Source: Dickeya dadantii NCPPB 898
Lineage (GTDB): Bacteria > Pseudomonadota > Gammaproteobacteria > Enterobacterales > Enterobacteriaceae
Assembly: GCF_000406145.1 (NCBI RefSeq)
Contig: NZ_CM001976.1
Span: 687,260-719,259 of the forward strand
Direction: 5' to 3'
DNA: 32,000 nucleotides
This document shows, in pieces, positions 28,077 to 32,000 of the stretch; the stretch's first letter is position 1, and every line of letters begins with the position of its first letter. The position numbers and the translations under genes were made by a program. The notes below the pieces were generated by a model that searched no databases, was not told the DNA's origin, and was given only the letters and a program-made list of their open reading frames with translations.

Positions 28077-28104
28077 ATATTAGCAACGTCCGCTCCTGGC
28101 ACAA
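28077..28104 (-). promoter_or_regulatory. Putative sigma-70 promoter of the HEPN-like ORF
   Basis: Minus strand TTGTGC (28104-28099), a 16-bp spacer, then TAATAT (28082-28077). Upstream, a small hairpin AGCTCA-GATT-TGAGCT plus TTTT follows the antitoxin stop. Confidence 0.4.
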
Positions 28105-28172
28105 AGTTGCCTGTCAGATTAGGTATGGCCCTGAGCCACAAAAGTGTCAGCTCAAATCTGAGCTAACACATG

Positions 28173-28547
28173 TTATTCAAGGATCAACTGTTCGGGTTTG
28201 CAGTTATACAGTTCGGCCAGCCGCTCAATATTTTCTTTACGTGGCCGTTCTGATTTCTCGAATTCGGAAACCGTGGATTGTTTTATGCCTAACTTTTCTG
28301 CGACCTGCTTTTGCGTCATTCCTCGATAGATGCGCCAGGCGGCTTGCATCGTGCAATTTTTGGATGACAGGATATTGATCACTTCATTGGGATAGTGCAC
28401 ATCATCGCTGGGGCCGATATCGTTTTGCACCAGTTCATACAGTTCGTCGAGCTCACAGTTATGAATAAGCTTTTCAAACAATGCCATCGGAATGACGGCG
28501 GAAATCTTCTGCCCACGATCATCGGTAATGTATTGAATGTTTGACAT
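28173..28547 (-). CDS. XRE-family helix-turn-helix antitoxin (HigA/RelB-type partner of a RelE/ParE toxin)
   Basis: The 124-aa ORF has a C-terminal HTH_XRE (MTQKQVAEKLGIKQSTVSEFEKSERPRKENIERLAELYNCKPEQL). It sits 63 nt downstream of, and co-directional with, a RelE/ParE-like reading frame (toxin-first order). Confidence 0.75.
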   Translation of the reverse strand: MSNIQYITDDRGQKISAVIPMALFEKLIHNCELDELYELVQNDIGPSDDVHYPNEVINILSSKNCTMQAAWRIYRGMTQKQVAEKLGIKQSTVSEFEKSERPRKENIERLAELYNCKPEQLILE

Positions 28548-28610
28548 GATAGATTTTCCTAATCTTTAACGCTTCGTTTCGACTCATGTTGGCTCGATTT
28601 TCGGGCCTGT

Positions 28611-28878
28611 TTAGTACGTGGTGCTGGTGCGGCGTAATATACGCTGAATTTCAATAATGACGGGTTCCCCTTTTTGTAACTCAAACAGTACGCGATAATT
28701 TCCCACCCTCAAGCGATACGCGCTGCCGCGATCCGTCAACTTGGTAACATCGAGCGGCTTACTCTTTGTCGCGGGGTAGTCCTGGTGAATTAACGCTTGT
28801 CCGTATCGTTTTCTGATCGTTGGCTGGGAGTTTACGAAGGTCTTTAACCGCCTTACCCGCCCAGACTACTTGGGCCAT
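28611..28878 (-). pseudogene. Frameshifted RelE/ParE-family type II toxin gene
   Basis: From the ATG at 28878 the minus strand reads MAQVVWAGKAVKDLRKLPANDQKTIRTSVNSPGLPRDKE*. The +1 frame continues ..RYGQALIHQDYPATKSKPLDVTKLTDRGSAYRLRVGNYRVLFELQKGEPVIIEIQRILRRTSTTY* with the typical YR.RVG.YR core. The span is 268 nt (3n+1), consistent with a single-base indel near the A-run at 28806-28815. Confidence 0.8.
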
Positions 28879-28933
28879 CCTGTTTCCCCTGAGTGTTTAA
28901 AGCTTGTCTACCACTCAATACACCATATAGGAT

Positions 28934-28985
28934 TTAATCCCTATATTGTCAATTTAAAGCCCTATTTTAAGGTCTTAATCCCTAT
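28934..28985. repeat. Three phased direct repeats TTAA(TC/AG)CCTAT at roughly 20-21 bp spacing upstream of the toxin pseudogene
   Basis: ttaatccctat at 28934-28944, ttaaagccctat at 28954-28965, and ttaatccctat at 28975-28985. They lie 56-107 bp upstream of the toxin ATG (28878). Confidence 0.7.
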
Positions 28986-29161
28986 TTTTACACCTGCTAT
29001 TCCTGTATTACGCTGTAAAACAGCACTATGTGATAGGCGTAAGAACGCCTGATAAAATCACTGCGCAGAATCGCACGACCATCCGTAATTCTTCTGATGT
29101 GACTTACCCCACTCCGTGCTCGTTCCAGTGCGGTAAGCAGCGCACAGGTATTTCTTTATTG

Positions 29162-29181
29162 AGATGACAAAATTGTCATCT
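29162..29181. promoter_or_regulatory. Perfect 9-2-9 inverted repeat AGATGACAA-AA-TTGTCATCT upstream of the RND efflux operon (candidate operator)
   Basis: The arms are exact reverse complements. The site lies 68-87 bp upstream of the adaptor gene ATG (29249). Confidence 0.4.
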
Positions 29182-29248
29182 GGGCAGCGCATTTCTGTCT
29201 GTTAGCGGTGGGTAGACTTGAGCAATTTCTTTCCGGGTGTTCATTGCG

Positions 29249-30376
29249 ATGAAATTATTACGCTCAAGGCCGTTTATCGTCGTCAGCCTAATGTTCGGCG
29301 CCGTCATGCTCTATTTTCTGTATTCCCGCCAAAGCACCGTTTCCGCTACGCCGCGCAGCGCGCCCGTTCCGCTGGTGAGCCTGGTGCCGGCGCAGGTCAA
29401 ATCGCTGCCGCTGACGCTCGCCACGCAGGGGCACGTGGTTTCGTTAAATCAGGTTGATATCCAGTCGCAGATTACCGGAACCGTTAAATCGGTGGAGTTT
29501 AAAGAAGGGGATGTGGTGCATCAGGGGCAGCTGCTGTTCACGCTGGATGACAACACACAGCAGACGACCCTGCACCGGGCGGTGGCGTCGCAGGCGGAAT
29601 CACGCTCGCTGCTGGATAAAGCGCAGCGGGATCTCAACCGCGGGCGCGCGCTGAAAGCGCAGAATTATATCTCGGCGTCCGACTGGGACGCGTTGCAAAG
29701 CGCGCGGCAGCAGTATGACGCGCAGTTTAACGCGGCGCGGGACGATATTCGCAGCGCGCAGGCGCAGCTTGGCTATACGCGCATTTACGCGCCGGTTAAC
29801 GGCAAAACCGGCGCGTTGAACGTCCATCCGGGCAGTCTGGTGCAACCCGGCAGTTCGCTGCCGCTTGTCACCGTCAGCCAGTTCGACCCGATCGGCGTCT
29901 CGTTTACGCTGCCGGAAAAAGATCTCAACCCGGTGCTGGCCGCACAGGCGCAGGGGCCGGTGCGGGTGTGGGTGAATAACGCTAAAGGGCAGGCGGTGGA
30001 GGGGGTATTGGATTTTATTAATAACACCGTCAGCACCGAGTCCGGCACCATCGCGCTGAAGGCGCGCTTTAGCAACGCCGGTAATCTGCTGTGGCCGGGC
30101 GCGTATCAGGCGGTCAACGTTGATGCTGGCACGGAAAACGTCGTCGTGCTGCCGCCGCAGGCGATTCAGAACGGCCCGGACGGGCATTTCGTCTATATCG
30201 TCGATAAGCATAATCAGGCGGTGATGCAGCCGGTGAACCTGTTGCGTATCCAGCAGCAGATGGCCGTTGTGGACGGCATATCGCAGGGGACCAATGTGGT
30301 GATAGAGGGCGCGAATAATCTGCGCCCCGGTATGAACGTCGCCGTGGCGAAAACCGATGCGGCAGGGCTGAACTGA
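29249..30376 (+). CDS. RND efflux pump periplasmic adaptor (membrane fusion protein, HlyD/AcrA/MdtA family)
   Basis: N-terminal membrane anchor, coiled-coil hairpin region, and a typical ..LGYTRIYAPVNGKTG.. lipoyl/beta-barrel motif. The stop overlaps the start of the RND permease (ATGA). The ATG at 29249 is preferred over the track GTG at 29237. Confidence 0.88.
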   Translation: MKLLRSRPFIVVSLMFGAVMLYFLYSRQSTVSATPRSAPVPLVSLVPAQVKSLPLTLATQGHVVSLNQVDIQSQITGTVKSVEFKEGDVVHQGQLLFTLDDNTQQTTLHRAVASQAESRSLLDKAQRDLNRGRALKAQNYISASDWDALQSARQQYDAQFNAARDDIRSAQAQLGYTRIYAPVNGKTGALNVHPGSLVQPGSSLPLVTVSQFDPIGVSFTLPEKDLNPVLAAQAQGPVRVWVNNAKGQAVEGVLDFINNTVSTESGTIALKARFSNAGNLLWPGAYQAVNVDAGTENVVVLPPQAIQNGPDGHFVYIVDKHNQAVMQPVNLLRIQQQMAVVDGISQGTNVVIEGANNLRPGMNVAVAKTDAAGLN

Positions 30377-32000
30377 TGAAGCTCGCCGAACTTTGCCTGT
30401 CTCGCCCGATTGCCGTGATGCTGCTATGGCTGTCGGTGATTGTCACCGGGGTCATCTGCTGGACGAAACTGCCCGTTGCGGCGTTGCCGTCGTTTGATAT
30501 GCCCACCATCAGGGTGAGTGCGTCGCTGTCCGGCGCCAGCCCGGAAACCATGGCGTCGTCGGTCGCTACGCCGCTGGAGAAGAACCTGTCCACGATCCCC
30601 GGTTTATCGATGTTGACCTCGACCAGCTTGCAGGGGGCGACCACTATCGTGCTGGAGTTCGACCCGTCGGTGAACATCGACGCGGCCGCCGTAGACGTGC
30701 AGTCGGCGCTCTACCAGACGATGAAAAAGCTGCCGTCGCAGATGACGACGCCGCCCTCGTTTCGCAAGGTGAACCCTGCGGACGCGCCCATCGTGGCGAT
30801 TGGCATCGACTCGCCATCGATGACGCTTTCCGATCTCAACCGTTTCACGGATAACCTGATTTCCCCCGCGCTATCGACCATTAAAGGCGTGGCGGAGGTG
30901 AATGTGATCGGCCAGAAACGCTATGCGGTGCGGGTGGAAATCGACCCCGACAGGCTGGCGGCGACGGATATGACGCTGTCCGAAGTGCAGACGGCGCTGA
31001 AGGCCGCCAATGCGAATTCGCCCATCGGCGAGCTGGACGGCAAGCGTCAGATGATGGTGCTGCAAACCAGCGGCAATCTGATGAAGGCGGCGGACTTCGC
31101 CAATGTGATTATCGCCACGCGCAACGGGCAGCCGGTACGGCTTTCAGATGTCGCCAGCGTGCAGGACAGCATCGAAAACGCCCTAAGCTACAGCGCGGTC
31201 AACGGACATACCGCGATTGTACTGAGCATCAACCGCCAGCCGGGGGCGAATATCGTGGCGACGCTCGACGCCATCAACCGGCTGTTGCCCACATTGCAGG
31301 CGCAGATGCCGCCGTCGGTACAAGTGAAGCTGCTGAACGATCGTTCGCTCTCAATTCGTCAGGCGATCCATGATGTGAATATCACCCTGATGCTGACCAT
31401 CGCGCTGGTGGTGCTGGTGATTCTGCTGTTCCTGCGCCATTTTCGCGCTACGCTGATCCCGGCGCTCAGTGTGCCGGTGTCCCTGCTGGGCGCTTTTGCG
31501 CTGATGTATCTGCTCGGGATGAGCCTCGACAATATCTCGCTGATGGGGCTGACGATTGCCGTGGGGCTGGTGGTGGACGACGCCATTGTGGTGCTGGAAA
31601 ACATCATGCGTTACATGGAAGAGGGCGAGTCGCCCTGGCGGGCGGCGCTGCTGGGGGTAAGGGAAGTGGCGTTCACCGTGGTGTCGATTTCGCTGTCGCT
31701 GGTGGCGGTGTTTATCCCCATTTTCTTTATGCCCGGCACGTTGGGGCTGCTGTTTCATGAATTCGCCTGGGTGGTGTCGCTGGCGATACTGGTGTCGGCG
31801 GCGGCGTCGCTGACGGTGATTCCGCTGCTGGTGCCGATGTTGATCAAGCATCAGGCGCATCCGGCGCCGGAACCGGCCTGGAGCCAGCTATTTGAGCGCG
31901 GGTTTGAGTCCCTGCGCCGCGGGTATGGCCACGCGCTCGACTGGGCCATCGGGCATCGCTGGGTGATGGTGTCCACCGCGCTGGCGACGGTATTACTCAG
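30376..32000 (+). CDS. RND efflux transporter permease (AcrB/MdtB/MdtC family), 5' part; truncated by the window end
   Basis: Hand translation from the ATG at 30376 gives MKLAELCLSRPIAVMLLWLSVIVTG...LPSFDMPTIRVSASLSGASPETMASSVATPLE...GLTIAVGLVVDDAIVVLENIMRY..., typical of RND TM1, the porter domain and the TM4 DD motif. The frame stays open to position 32000, so it is absent from the ORF track. Confidence 0.9.
   Translation, partial: MKLAELCLSRPIAVMLLWLSVIVTGVICWTKLPVAALPSFDMPTIRVSASLSGASPETMASSVATPLEKNLSTIPGLSMLTSTSLQGATTIVLEFDPSVNIDAAAVDVQSALYQTMKKLPSQMTTPPSFRKVNPADAPIVAIGIDSPSMTLSDLNRFTDNLISPALSTIKGVAEVNVIGQKRYAVRVEIDPDRLAATDMTLSEVQTALKAANANSPIGELDGKRQMMVLQTSGNLMKAADFANVIIATRNGQPVRLSDVASVQDSIENALSYSAVNGHTAIVLSINRQPGANIVATLDAINRLLPTLQAQMPPSVQVKLLNDRSLSIRQAIHDVNITLMLTIALVVLVILLFLRHFRATLIPALSVPVSLLGAFALMYLLGMSLDNISLMGLTIAVGLVVDDAIVVLENIMRYMEEGESPWRAALLGVREVAFTVVSISLSLVAVFIPIFFMPGTLGLLFHEFAWVVSLAILVSAAASLTVIPLLVPMLIKHQAHPAPEPAWSQLFERGFESLRRGYGHALDWAIGHRWVMVSTALATVLL

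Noticed and set aside
28012-28104. 31-codon N-terminal extension of the HEPN-like ORF from a TTG start.
   Set aside because: The TTG coincides with a plausible -35 hexamer. The extension (MCQERTLLISCYVNLWGVGQG...) has no SD, whereas GTG 28011 follows AAGGAGA.
28870-29052. 60-aa ORF (+) over the phased repeats upstream of the toxin pseudogene.
   Set aside because: It is generated by the repeat and promoter sequence itself. It has no SD, and its start overlaps the toxin ATG on the other strand.
28880-29236. Search for a direct repeat of the tRNA-Gly 3' end to mark the right att site of the island.
   Set aside because: Only a weak resemblance was seen by eye (ccccactcc near 29110), which is not convincing. 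The island boundary is therefore given only approximately.

Overview
Gamma-proteobacterial (Enterobacterales) chromosome. Gene content and order follow the E. coli K-12 gcv-to-lysS region, and the high G+C suggests a Dickeya/Pectobacteriaceae-like host (taxon is a guess). From 279 to 19647 it is mostly conserved core: fucO-like alcohol dehydrogenase, gcvT-gcvH-gcvP, a LysE-family exporter, an HD hydrolase, yqfA, ygfZ, sdhE-ygfX, fldB, an MFS transporter, xerD, dsbC, recJ, prfB with its +1 frameshift site, and lysS. A bidirectional terminator follows lysS. Next comes an accessory block at host-like G+C, 19731-26365. It holds a tightly coupled three-gene operon (154-aa unknown protein, GMC flavoprotein, ferritin-like protein), a phosphoesterase with no visible signal peptide, and a divergent AraC regulator plus LysE/ArgO-type exporter. 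tRNA-Gly(CCC) at 26451-26524 is followed by a visibly AT-rich, degraded island (about 26525-29060). The island has nested IS scars, an orphan ORF with a C-terminal RNxxxH (HEPN-like) motif and its own promoter, and a RelE/ParE-XRE toxin-antitoxin pair whose toxin is frameshifted. I rate this island the best candidate for an undescribed defence-type module. The window ends with an RND efflux operon (adaptor plus a permease truncated by the window edge). No rRNA genes or CRISPR arrays were seen. All homology calls rest on reading the translations and remembered family motifs; no database search was run.
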